Shown here: positions 27,653 to 40,893 of the stretch, piece by piece | How the letters are laid out: each line of letters opens with the position of its first letter | Numbering within the stretch: position 1 is the first letter of the stretch | Assembly (NCBI GenBank): GCA_051362555.1 | Contig: CM120643.1 | Location: 1,736,001-1,800,000 of the forward strand | Direction of reading: 5' to 3' | Source: Lingula anatina | Lineage: Eukaryota; Animalia; Brachiopoda | Length of the DNA stretch: 64,000 nucleotides | Notes under the pieces: model-generated | Seen by the model: only the letters and a program-made list of their open reading frames with translations | Databases searched by the model: none | Told to the model about the DNA's origin: nothing | Position numbers and translations under genes: made by a program

Positions 27653-29925
27653 TGACAGGACTCGCTGGACGTTTCCCCATTGCAGCAACCTCGTAGACAA
27701 ACCATGGCAGGACTCGCTGGACAATTCCCCATTGCAGTCACCTCGTAGACGGACCATGGCAGGACTCGCTGGACGATTCCCCATTGCAGTCACCTCGTAG
27801 ACGGACCATGGCAGGGCTCGCTGGACGATTCCCCATTGCAGTCACCTCGTAGACGGACCATGGCAGGGCTCGCTGGACGATTCCCCATTGCAGCCACCTC
27901 GTAGACGGACAATGGCAGGACTCGCTGGACGATTCCCCATTGCAGTCACCTCGTAGACGGACAATGGCAGGACTCGCTGGACGATTCCCCATTGCAGTCA
28001 CCTCGTAGACGGACAATGGCAGGACTCGCTGGACGATTCCCCATTGCAGTCACCTCGTAGACGGACCATGGCAGGGCTCGCTGGACGATTCCCCATTGCA
28101 GCCACCTCGTAGACGGACAATGGCAGGACTCGCTGGACGATTCCCCATTGCAGTCACCTCGTAGACGGACAATGGCAGGACTCGCTGGACGATTCCCCAT
28201 TGCAGTCACCTCGTAGACGGACCATGGCAGGACTCGCTGGACGATTCCCCATTGCAGTCACCTCGTAGACGGACCATGGCAGGACTCGCTGGACGTTTCT
28301 CCCGTGCAGCCACCTCGAAGACAGACCATGGCAGGACTCGCTGGACGCTTCCCCCGTGCAGCCACCTTGTAGACAGACCATGGCAGGACTCGCTGGACGC
28401 TTCCCCCGTGCAGCCACCTCGTAGACAGACCATGGCAGGACTCGCTGGACGCTTCCCCCGTGCAGCCACCTCGTAGACAGACCATGGCAGGACTCGCTGG
28501 ACGCTTCCCCCGTGCAGCCACCTCGTAGACAGACCATGGCAGGACTCGCTGGACGCTTCCCCCGCGCAGCCACCTCGTAGACAGACCATGGCAGGACTCG
28601 CTGGCACCAAGGATTGGTCGTAGTAGCTAAGTATAGATGTGGGCCCTCTTCTTGCAGTTGTGTTCTGTAAACAGAAATAAAAACGAGATTAGATTTCTTT
28701 CATTTCTTAAACTCCACTTCCAAAAAGAAAAAGATTCCATACCTTATTAAGGAGTGCAGTCGAAGTCCCACAGGTGGCGCTCATCTTCTATTTCCTGTTA
28801 ATTGCAGTCACCTCGTAGACAGTCCATGGCAGGACTCGCTGGACGATTCCCCATCGCAGTCACCTCGTAGACAGACCATGGCAGGACTCGCTGGACGTAT
28901 TGCAGCCACCTCGTAGACGGACCATGGCAGGACTCGCTGGACGCTTCCCCAGTGCAGCCACCTCGTAGACGGACCATGGCAGGACTCGCTGGACGCTTCC
29001 CCAGTGCAGCCACCTCGTAGATGGACCATGGCAGGACTCGCTGGACGCTTCCCCAGTGCAGCCACCTCGTAGATGGACCATGGCAGGACTCGCTGGACGC
29101 TTCCCCTGTGCAGCCACCTTATAGACAGACCATGGCACGACTCGCTGGACGCTTCCCCAGTGCAGCCACCTCGCAGACAGACCATGGCAGGACTCGCTGG
29201 ACGCTCCCCCGTGCAGCCACCTCGCAGACAGACCATGGCAGGACTCGCTGGACGCTCCCCCGTGCAGCCACCTCGCAGACAGACCATGGCAGGACTCGCT
29301 GGCACCAAGGATTGGTCGTAGTAGCTGAAGTGTAGATGTGGGCCCTCTTCTTGCAGTTGTGTTCTGTAAACAGAAATAAAAACGAGATTAGATTTCTTTC
29401 ATTTCTTAAACTCCACTTCCAAAAAGAAAAAGAGAACATACCTTAAGGAGTGAAGTCGAAGTCCCACCGGTGGCGCTCATCATCTTCTATGTCCTGTTAA
29501 CAGAAATAAAAAACGAGATTAGATTTCTTTCAATTCTTAAACTCTACTTCCAAAAAGAAAAAGATTACATACCTTATTAAGGAGTGCAGTCGAAGTCCCA
29601 CAGGTGGCGCTCATCTTCTATTTCCTGTTAATTGCAGTCACCTCGTAGACAGTCCATGGCAGGACTCGCTGGACGATTTCCCATCGCAGTCACCTCGTAG
29701 ACAGACCATGGCAGGACTCGCTGGACGTATTGCAGCCACCTCGTAGACGGACCATGGCAGAACTCGCTGGACGCTTCCCCCGTGAAGCCACCTCGTAGAT
29801 GGACCATGGCAGGACTCGCTGGAAGCTTCCCCCGTGCAGCCACCTCGCAGATAGACCATGGCAGGACTCGCTGGACGCTCCCTAGTGCAGCCACCTCGCA
29901 GACAGACCATGGCAGGACTCGCTGG
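27653..29925. repeat. 52-bp GC-rich minisatellite in three blocks (27653-28605, 28800-29300, 29632-29925) within a higher-order repeat
   Basis: Unit CCATGGCAGGACTCGCTGGACGATTCCCCATTGCAGTCACCTCGTAGACGGA; about 18 copies in block 1. Confidence 0.95.
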
Positions 29926-29986
29926 CACCAAGGATTGGTCGTAGTAGCTGAAGTGTAGATGTGGGCCCTCTTCTTGCAGTTGTGTT

Positions 29987-30910
29987 CTGTAAACAGAAAT
30001 AAAAAGGAGATTAGATTTCTTCCATTTCTTAAACTCCACTTCCAAAAAGAAAAAGATTACATACCTTAAGGAGTGAAGTCGAAGTCCCACCGGTGGCGCT
30101 CATCATCTTCTATGTCCTGTTAACAGAAATAAAAAACGAGATTAGATTTCTTTCATTTCTTTAACTCCACTTCCAAAAAGAAAAAGATCACATACCTTAA
30201 GGAGTGCAGTCGAAGTCCCACAGGTGGCGCTCATCATCTTCTATGTCCTGTTAACAGAAATAAAAAACGAGATTAGATTTCTTTCATTTCTTTAACTCCA
30301 CTTCCAAAAAGAAAAAGATTACATACCTTAAGGAGTGCAGTCGAAGTCCCACAGCTGGCGCTCATCATCTTCTATGTCCTGTAAGCAGAAATAAAAAACG
30401 AGATTAGATTTCTTTCATTTCTTTAACTCCACTTCCAAAAAGAAAAAGATTACATACCTTAAGGAGTGCAGTCGAAGTCCCACAGGTGGCGCTCATCATC
30501 TTCTATGTCCTGTAAGCAGTAATAAAAACGAAATTAGATTTCTTTCATTTCTTAAACTCCACTTCCAAAAAGAAAAAGATTACATACCTTATGGAGTGTA
30601 GTCGAAGTCCCACAGGTGCCGCTCATCATCTTCTATGTCCTGTAAAGAAAAATAAAAACGAGATTAGATTTCTTTCATTTCTTTACCTCCACTTCCAAAA
30701 AGAAAAAAGATTACATACCTTAAGGAGTGTAGTCGAAGTCCCTCCGGTGGCGCTCATCATCTTCTATGTCCTGTAAGCAGTAATAAAAACGAGATTAGAT
30801 TTCTTTCATTTCTTAAACTCCACATCCAAAAAAAAAAAAAGATTACATACCTTAAGGAGTGTAGTCGAAGTCCCACAGGTGGCGCTCATCGTCTTCTATG
30901 CTCTGTAAAT
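29987..30910 (-). repeat. ~131-bp tandem repeat, each unit a 52-nt micro-exon plus ~79-nt GT-AG intron; 7 units
   Basis: Minus strand reads CAG|GACATAGAAGATGATGAGCGCCACCTGTGGGACTTCGACTGCACTCCTTAAG|GTATGT...CTAAT...polypyrimidine...CAG. Confidence 0.85.
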
Positions 30911-31558
30911 ATAAAGAAAATAGATTTTTTTACATTTCTCAAACTCAAAAAAGATTATATACCTTCAAGAATCGCCATAATCGAGTTCTGTTTACAGAAC
31001 GAAAAACGGACTAATGTCTTTTCCTACTAATGTCAGTACTCTGCAGTTAGGCTTACCTTTAAGGGGTTTCCATCTCATTGAAGCACCTTATGGCAGCCAC
31101 CTCGTAGACAGACCATGTCAGTGCTCGCTGGACGCTGCCCCCTGCCCCGCTGCCTTGGAAGTCTGTGAACAGAAAGAAAAAAAAGTTAATGAGTTTTCTA
31201 ACCTTATCTAGCAGTTTGCAGTCTGCTTCCTGGACCTGTAATAAAAAAGAAACCTGGAAAGCATGCAATAATGCAATGACACTACGACTAGCCCACGACA
31301 GCAAAAAGGTGAAGTATCCTGCGAAGATCCCTGAGCGACGATTCCTCGTGGGGAGAAGCGAAGGTTGTAGCTGGCCAGCTTAGAGAAACGCCGAATCCAC
31401 CGTTTAGACGTCTGCGTGTGCAATATGGCGAAGAGCGATGCGTTGACGTAGGATGAGGAAAGATTCGGAGAAATGCGAGTCGACTCACGTGTCCTTTGTG
31501 CTTGATTCAGGACGCAGCACACGACGTCCTTCCTGTTGCTGTAGATCTGTCCGCAGTT

Positions 31559-31608
31559 GAGTGAACGCACTTTCAAAATTCCGCGCTTTTATACCTTTAG
31601 TCACGTGG
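31559..31608 (-). promoter_or_regulatory. Pol II core promoter: E-box, TATA and Inr
   Basis: CCACGTGAC at 31608-31600, TATAAAAG at 31593-31586, TCACTC with A+1 at 31562. Confidence 0.65.
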
Positions 31609-33982
31609 TGGCGTTCCTGTTTGTTACCACTAGTCAACTTGTTCATAGGGGATAGCCTTTGATAGCGATACGCCAATTTGATTATACTATCTTAAAGACA
31701 TATAAATTTTATTTTCTATTTAGATTTTTTTGTTTATCATTTCATTTTATGGTAAGAGTATTGAGTACTAAGCAGTGACCTCGAAATGTAACAGACACAG
31801 TAGATGACAATTCTGAGCAACATATCCTCTCCCCAAAATTAAGAAAGACACGATGTCGGTTATACTGGAAGCTGTGAACTTCCCGCATAGCAGGCCACTA
31901 TATTGTGCGCGTGTATTCGAGCACTGATCCAAAATGTGGATGACGTAATAGGGCGTAGAATTACTGCATTTTCGAGGCATCCTGAGGGAGTATGGTTGTT
32001 CTGATTGTAGCGAATTGTAGTGAGTCATTTGAAAGTACGCTGGACTGGACATGTACATCCACCTCAGTTCTCTGAAACACATTTTGTAATCAAGAAATGA
32101 AATGAAAATAATTTATTATGATTTTACGAATAGAAAGAATAGCAGCAGTGGGTCATATGAAAAATCTTGATTAGCTTATACAAGGCAGAAGAAACGAATG
32201 ATTTTATTTTTGTATATAAAACATCTATTGATTTAGGCAATAATTAAGAACGGGTGCCTTCCTTTTTGGCTTCAGGTGACCAGTACTCTTATGGCACTGG
32301 CTTGAGTAGAGAAAAACAGAAAAAGATAATAAATAAGAATAATAAGATAAAAATTTAAAAAATGAAATTTTTCTCGTTTGTACGTAAACTTTACTTTATC
32401 TATTTTTAACCATAGCTGGATTTTACACTAGAAATGCGTTTTAACATGTTATTAGTCTCAGTGCTCACTGGCATCCTTTCTCATCGCTCTGGAGAGCATA
32501 CAACCAAAGTTGCCGAAAACTAGGGTTAACATGCTTATAGGTCAACTGCTCATTATCAGTGTTTCATGGCCGGGCATACAACAGTTCAATTTGTGTGTTT
32601 TCTCAGTGAGGTGGTCTCTGACTCGACTCTACATAAGAATCGAACTCGGGACTTGTCTCGCCTTCCACGAGAACACTCGCTGATTCTCAATGTGTAGGTC
32701 CATTTAAGAATTTAAAACGGGAGAAAGAATTGTTTATCCAAGTGGAATTTACTTAAATCGCTGCCAAAAAATAATTACTAGATTTATCTGTTCTGACATA
32801 AAAAAACATAAAATTTAAACCATCGTTATTGTAGTTCGCAGCTCCATCTTACATTATCCAATCGATCAAGGTTATTTCTACTAAAGCACAAAATCAGGAA
32901 GTGAGTATGATGTCTAACGTCTCAGAAAATGTCTGTGTTTATCTTCATTTTAAATGGCGCAATAAATAGATTGCGGCTACGTCCACAGTGTCACCTGACT
33001 TCTAAAAATTGAAAAAAATTCGTGACGTCTTTAGCCAGTTGTTTGATGTTTTTGTAATATTTTAGCCATATACATCTTCAATTACATTCATGATAAGCTA
33101 ATCGATAAGCAGGACACACTCAATTGCTTTAGACGAAACACGGCAAAACTGCGTTCTCATAGAAAGTAATTTGTAAAACCTTAGTTACCAGGCATTTTAA
33201 AAAATATACTTGAGGTTAAGAACAATATGTGTCAGTAAAATATATGTGCATCTCGTAATACCCCTTACGGGAGGTTTTAATTTTTGTTAGTATTAATAAC
33301 GTGCGAATATTCCCTAAAGGGCTGTTATTTTTAAAACCTCTTTCCCTGAATACAAAAACTCCATACTAGCAAGGCATGAATCGTAAGATGTTTTCACTAT
33401 TACACAAAAGCTTGGTTTATCACTTTCTGACACAATAGGTTTTAAAAAAGGAATTTCGCAAACCCCCCCCCCCCCCCCCCCCCCCCTCCTTCACGCTACT
33501 CGACGCTCCCGGTATAAGCACGTTTCACAATAAAACGTCACTGCCAATGTTTAGGTAGTTCTGCACCCACAATTTACTCACGTGCCTTACACCATTCCCT
33601 AAAATCCTTCCCCGATTTTGATTTTAGATAGTTATTCAGAAACAGACAAAACTACGCTTAAGTATTATGTTACAAAAGTCAGCCTATCCTATGCCTTGAT
33701 ACAAAATCTTTGAAACCGAACAACATGACCGTAGTCAAGTGTCATGTGGCTTACATTACAGTTTTGTGATGTTACTTGATGACTTTCTAAAATTGATATA
33801 TTAAATTATCTTTAAATATTATGTCCACGCATTAAAATGTTTATTATTATTATTATTATTTTTTTTTGGGGGGGGGGGGGGAGGTTAAAAAAAAAACCAA
33901 CACCCCTCTACAAAATCCAGGATCCGCCCCTGCTTGGCTTAACCCATCTAGTAGTACATACTTGGGCGATGAACTCCGACCC

Positions 33983-33987
<5 letters not shown>

Positions 33988-34047
<60 letters not shown>
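33988..34047. repeat. (TA)n microsatellite
   Basis: Direct reading. Confidence 0.95.
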
Positions 34048-34050
<3 letters not shown>

Positions 34051-34776
34051 ACTCCAAAAGTACTAAAACAATTTTATACTTGGTCTCACATGAATATTTC
34101 CAGCTCTGCTCTTTTCCATTTTTTACATGGATGAGATACATAAGCAATCCCAATAGCGATTTGATGGCGATTCTGACTCTTTTACAAGAGATATGATAAA
34201 TAAAGCTCTTTAATCCAGAAAAGAAATACATATAAATACATTAGCAGTGTGTTATAACTCTTAAGGAGTGTATTTCACATTCTTTTAGTGAACTAATACC
34301 ATTACAGAAACCAATAACTGACGCTCTGATCAGTTTGATCATGCAAAGAACTTGAACTAGCAGAACTTGAGATATAAAGCTGATGAACAGGGAGATTAAC
34401 ATTTTCTTATGCAAGTTATTTGAATGTTCCACCTTTTTAAACATTTATTAGAAACGGGAAAGAATGTCACAATTCTGGATCTTTGTGTTAAACATGTACA
34501 CTATTTGAGCTTATCAGACAAAGCCAGTCTTAATGTGTTTCCACAGTACTCTCTTCTTGTGTTGCTTTTGCCTTGCATCTTAACATATATTATTGAGGCA
34601 GTGACAGATTATAAGTAATCCCACATCACTATTCAACTGTGTCAAATCTTCCACACATCTCAAAGCTACACCGAATCCCAAACTTTTTTTGACAACTCCC
34701 ACATTATGCTGTTTCAATCTCTTATATAAAGTCACTGCAGCATTCACTGGAGGTTAAAAGTACATTCCAAGTATGT

Positions 34777-36422
<1,646 letters not shown>

Positions 36423-36540
36423 AAACGGTAAAATATTCCACTTATCGTGTTATCGCCGAGTGCACAGCGACGGCGACAGTGATGACAGGCGCAGGTGACG
36501 GCTATATGTACAGACACATCTGTGTCTGTACATGCAAAAT
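36423..36540 (-). mobile_element. HINE-like 5' terminus fragment
   Basis: ATGTACAGACACATCTGTGTCTGTACAT palindrome and GCGACGGCGAC, matching the termini at 22620-22731 and 52850-52975. Confidence 0.75.
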
Positions 36541-37514
36541 GGACGTAGTTTTGTCATCTTTATCCAGTGTTTTAGGTTTCCAACATGCAGATGAAAATAA
36601 CTAGAAAACTTTCAGAACACTGTAATTGCGCTTAGGCCTGTCAGTGCTTCATAAATCAACAAAAAATATGCAGGGCAGAATTTGAATTAGACTAATTTAA
36701 TTGAGTTTTAAAAAATTCGATCAATGACATCTATATCTGTTGCAACATTTTATAAAATGGGATGCAAAGACAAAGTTTTGACAATACCACAATAACGCCA
36801 ATGCCACACAAAATTTATCATTCAGCGTTAGCAATGTGTGGCAAATCATACTCCACAAAACTTAAGGAAATTAAATTATTTCCCTAAGGAAGTCTAGCAC
36901 TGACACAAAACACTTCAGTGCATATATATATATATAATTTGTGTCGGTGGTCAACTGCTCACTTGTATATCTTAAAATTTACTTGCAGTCTTTTCAATAC
37001 TTCATTATTAAAAAATGTTACTGAAATTTTACTTTATTTTATGTGATACTGTACTTCGTTCTTGGGGTTAGGCATGGTAGTAATGAAAGCAGGTTTTTTT
37101 TCCTGCTGATGTTACCACATCTTCTATTTTATCACACAATGAAATGGTGATTTTGATTTATGTTCAGATATTTATCCAAGCAGGTTGTGGTCATCCAATA
37201 ATAATGACAGCAGCTGCAGTAATTGCAGCAAATTATTATCCATTATGGGTAAAATATCATATGCAGCACAAATGCACAGTTCTGCTGCCTTTTGGAAAGA
37301 TATTGAAACAAAATGTTAGGAAAGAAATCTGCTTCCTGACATCCTTTATGTTTGAGATTTAATGTTTCTGTTGATGCTGTTGCCAGTTCCTTATATTCTA
37401 ATCTTTGTTCTTTGTTTTTTGTCAGCAAACTTCACTTCACAATAGAAAGGAGATAATTTTTCAGTCTGTCTCTTCAATATATCAAAAAGAAAGGTGTATA
37501 TTTCACGTCTGGCC

Positions 37515-39013
37515 TCAGTTTCCCCCTAATTGCTGACCTCTCCCCCAGGGGCGACCCCCTCCTGCTCCGCCATCATCTCTCCGCCGACTTTCTGGGGCCA
37601 TTCCAAATCCTGCCACACCCCCTCTGCGGTTAGGAAACCATTTATAGCTGAAAAACAAACATAGACTTAATGAAGATTTATAAAGGGTTTTAAGAAGGAA
37701 TGCTTAAGACAGTACACAAAAATGTATCTGTATGATGATGCATGCTTCTACAAAAATAAATAAATAAATATATAAATAAAAAAATAAACAAATAAGAAGT
37801 TATAATAAGCGATGACTGTAAGACATGGATGGTGGATTTGTACATTAATATTGAACTGGGCTTACAGTACGGCAAATGCTTTCATGTGTAACACTTACAA
37901 TATTTCTGGTGTGCTTAAAAATCTTCTGCCACCAAAGTCTTGTGGATATTTGAACATCAGGAAGAAGTACAGGTGGCCCACTATGATGCCTATGATGTCC
38001 TGAACACCTCTGGAAAGAGAAAACTAAGTTATGAACTCAAAAATATCAAACTCGACAATAAAAACATTGAAACTGGATGGTTATAAAATCTAAGCTTTTT
38101 TTCCAATTAAACTTGTAAATATCAAAACATTTGGAGAGTCAGTCAATGCAGAGAAAAAGATTTTCACTGCATTTATCATTGCAGTTGATTTTATAAGTGT
38201 TAAGGAAATAAATGTCTTTTGATTTGAACAATAGTAGGGGGATTGAGGCTGTCTTCTGGGTCTCCTGGAAGACGGTCGGATGTTTCAAGTTTATATTGAT
38301 AGCGATCTAACTTTGTCTGTTGGATGATGGTCAAAAATGGAGAATGGATCAACAAAGATAACTTGAAAGACTGTCAAAAAAATATCTCTGGATCCACCCA
38401 GAATGGTCACCAGCAAGTAGAGAAATAACACATCTTCAGATCACTCAGTGCCACTTACCCGCCACGAATTATCATGTTAAATGCTAGTAGCACCCATGGC
38501 AAGTACATAGCCTAAAATGAAAAATACATATCAATTTACTTTATTTAGATAAAAGTAAAACAAAATTTGTATGTCTACTATAAAACCAGTGGTGTTTTAT
38601 ATAGAAATATTTCCTTTCTAATTGGCTACTGTTCATTTGTTGCCATTTTTTTTTCAAAAGGGACTCGGCTTATTAACATAAAATAAGAGTAATATTTTTA
38701 CCTCATATGGCCGGACGACAAGACATGAAAGAGCTAGAAAAAAGCACCCGTCATACCTTGAATTGTGTCCCAAACCAGAAGGAGACGATCTGATCTCTAT
38801 TCAGTTGACACCAGATGTAGAGCACACTCATCACCATGGGGTCCATTAGTAACTGAAAAATATTTTTTCAAAATGATTTAAAACAAGAAAGAATTGAGTA
38901 TTTTTTGGTATTTATTTGACATTTTGATAGTAATTCTTTACTGAAATGAACGACTGGCTTTTTAAAATGAACAGTTTTGAAAAAACTTCTACCATACATT
39001 AGTATTACTGTAA

Positions 39014-39056
<43 letters not shown>

Positions 39057-40128
39057 ATACTTACTGGTAATCCAATAATGAAACCAATCAGCTGTAGAGC
39101 AAAGTCAAGGAATGTAAAACATTAAGATTCTAAATCAAATAATTTAAAATTGAATGGTATAGTATGAAAAATCATAGAGTGCTGACAGTGAACAAATGTC
39201 AATATTCACAGTTTCGTGTGTGTGTGTGTGTGTGTGTGTGGAGGGGGGGGGGGAGGGGGGGGGGAGGGGGGGGGAGGGGGGGGGTAAAGGTCAAAACAAT
39301 AGTCTAGTTTACTCAAAGGATACCACCAAGCACAGCCAGTTGAAAACTAACAGGAATAAATAATCTGCAGGTTTTCCATCAAATAAACCTGTAAAGATCA
39401 ACAAATCACTGGTGAATTCAGTCATAAACAAGGCATTTATCACATTTTAAGACATTTCTTAACAAGCAAATGATTGTATATTGCAAATCTTCAAGAATTT
39501 TTTATTAGCTTATTTTTAAAAGTTTGTGACCGACTTTTATGATTTTCTCACAACTCTGATAGTTGCAATGCATCAAATGTCTACTTTTACACACACACTC
39601 ATAAACGTACACAAACTTATCACCTGTTTCAAGTCTTGTGGAATAGGAATATAAGAAGTAGAGTAGAATGAGATATTGGAATCCTGTGGCAGGTGAGAGA
39701 GGGAAGTAAAACAGTGCCGTCACTGGCCTCCAAATCTGAAATATATTATTGAAAATATGATATAATAAGGGGAAAAAACATCATGCATATATTACAGTAT
39801 CATTCTGACCATTTGTAACTGGGCTTTAAAAAAAGCAGTAATTTAGCAAAGTCAAGTAACAAATAATAAATAATGACAAATAATAAACAATTGCTTTGAA
39901 ACTGAATGGAATACTTTACCTGGAAATTATATAAACGATGGAAAACAGGTATTTGGAATTGCTACTTACGTGAAAATGATGAAATACGGCATAGTAATCC
40001 AAGATCATCGTCATAGGAGAGAAAACACCGAATCTTCCCAGCAAAGGAAGAACAACTGAGCCAGTAAACCAGTACCGAGTCATTTGGGGGATACCCCTAT
40101 ACCAGTCTCCCAAGTCATTTGACGCCAT
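37515..40128 (-). CDS. DERL1: Derlin-1 (ERAD rhomboid pseudoprotease), 8 exons
   Basis: Exons 40128-39970, 39735-39624, 39388-39324, 39091-39065, 38852-38757, 38511-38459, 38009-37899 and 37647-37515. Motifs include WYRGIPQMTRYWF, IWRPVTALFYFP, FLYSYSTRLETG, VSFWFGTQFKAMYLPW, GHLYFFLMFKYPQDFGG and an SHP-like WGRGQQLGGN*. Confidence 0.96.
38235..38401 (+). mobile_element. MITE family A copy
   Basis: Aligns to the other copies; approximate TSD AATAG/AATGG. Confidence 0.7.
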
Positions 40129-40560
40129 TATTTCTGGCTGTTCAGTTCACCAATGTCTCCGCTACTTCTTGCACTTATTTTGCTGATATAATACCGCTAC
40201 CTTGTCTGATGAATTCGCAAAATAAACGATGTAACACTGAATGATGACTTTCGATTAGCCTGACGTGTCTGAAGCCTCTTTTTCATACGACCTAGATATT
40301 AGATTTTCATAAAACAAGGATTAAACAATCATTTGTTGAATGAATTGATAACCAAAAATCATTATGAAGTTGTATTTTAAAAATTGAAAAACTAATCAGT
40401 TACTATACTGCTGCTACTTAAAATCATACTTGTATTAATGATTATGATTGTTGTTGTGTTGCAGAAAACCTTTCCGGTTGGGAGTTTAGCTTTTCGGGTT
40501 TCCCTGGAAAGCGCCATTTTGGAATATTTGTAAACAAGTCGGTTCAGAAACTTAGGTGAG
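40129..40560. promoter_or_regulatory. Bidirectional promoter, DERL1 / TBC1D31
   Basis: TGACGTGTC (UPRE/XBP1-like) at 40261-40269; GTTTCCCTGGAAAG (X-box-like) at 40498-40511; GCGCCATTTT (YY1-like) at 40511-40520; UTR donor GTGAG at 40556. Confidence 0.6.
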
Positions 40561-40685
40561 AAGTAGTTTTCTTGAGGACCTGTTCCTGACGTTGTAATGC
40601 TATTGAACTAGTTAACGTGGACTAATCAGACTTAAGTGATAAAAAGCATTTCAATAAACATTGTATATTTGTTTTATTTATTATT

Positions 40686-40687
<2 letters not shown>

Positions 40688-40759
<72 letters not shown>
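40688..40759. repeat. (TC)n microsatellite
   Basis: Direct reading. Confidence 0.95.
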
Positions 40760-40763
<4 letters not shown>

Positions 40764-40893
40764 GTGAACATGCATTATTTGCGTACAGGGCAACAGTAAA
40801 ATAACCTACCCACCAACACCAGAATTTATAGATCAACTGCTTGTGAAAACTTCCTTTTTCAGCATGTGAATCAGGTGGTTCTTGGTCCTCAAC

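Larger units (their letters stand above)
23980..31562 (-). ncRNA. Putative multi-exon long non-coding transcript built from tandem exon-intron cassettes
   Basis: TATAAAAG at -31 from Inr TCACTC. Predicted exons: 31562-31489, 31235-31203, 31162-31057, 30987-30963, seven 52-nt exons from 30902 to 30065, 29986-29573, 29493-29442, 29363-28743, 28664-27619, 26767-26653, 26337-26253 and 25791 onward. AATAAA at 23981-23986; the 3' end is uncertain. Confidence 0.55.

Noticed and set aside
27569-30090. Many overlapping ORFs (RPASPAMV..., SSESCHG...) as a repeat protein
   Set aside because: Artefact of a 52-bp unit cycling through frames on both strands; interrupted by stops, with no domain signature.
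29987-30910. Intronic snoRNA cluster in the repeated introns
   Set aside because: The 79-nt introns lack C/D boxes (RTGATGA/CTGA) and H/ACA hairpins; the TGATGA lies in the exon part.
31485-31676. 63-aa ORF as first coding exon of the minus-strand unit
   Set aside because: Its ATG lies upstream of the TATA/Inr, so it would be outside the predicted transcript.
32590-32690. tRNA gene or SINE (B-box-like GAGTTCGATTC on minus strand)
   Set aside because: No cloverleaf or clear A-box; at most a decayed SINE.
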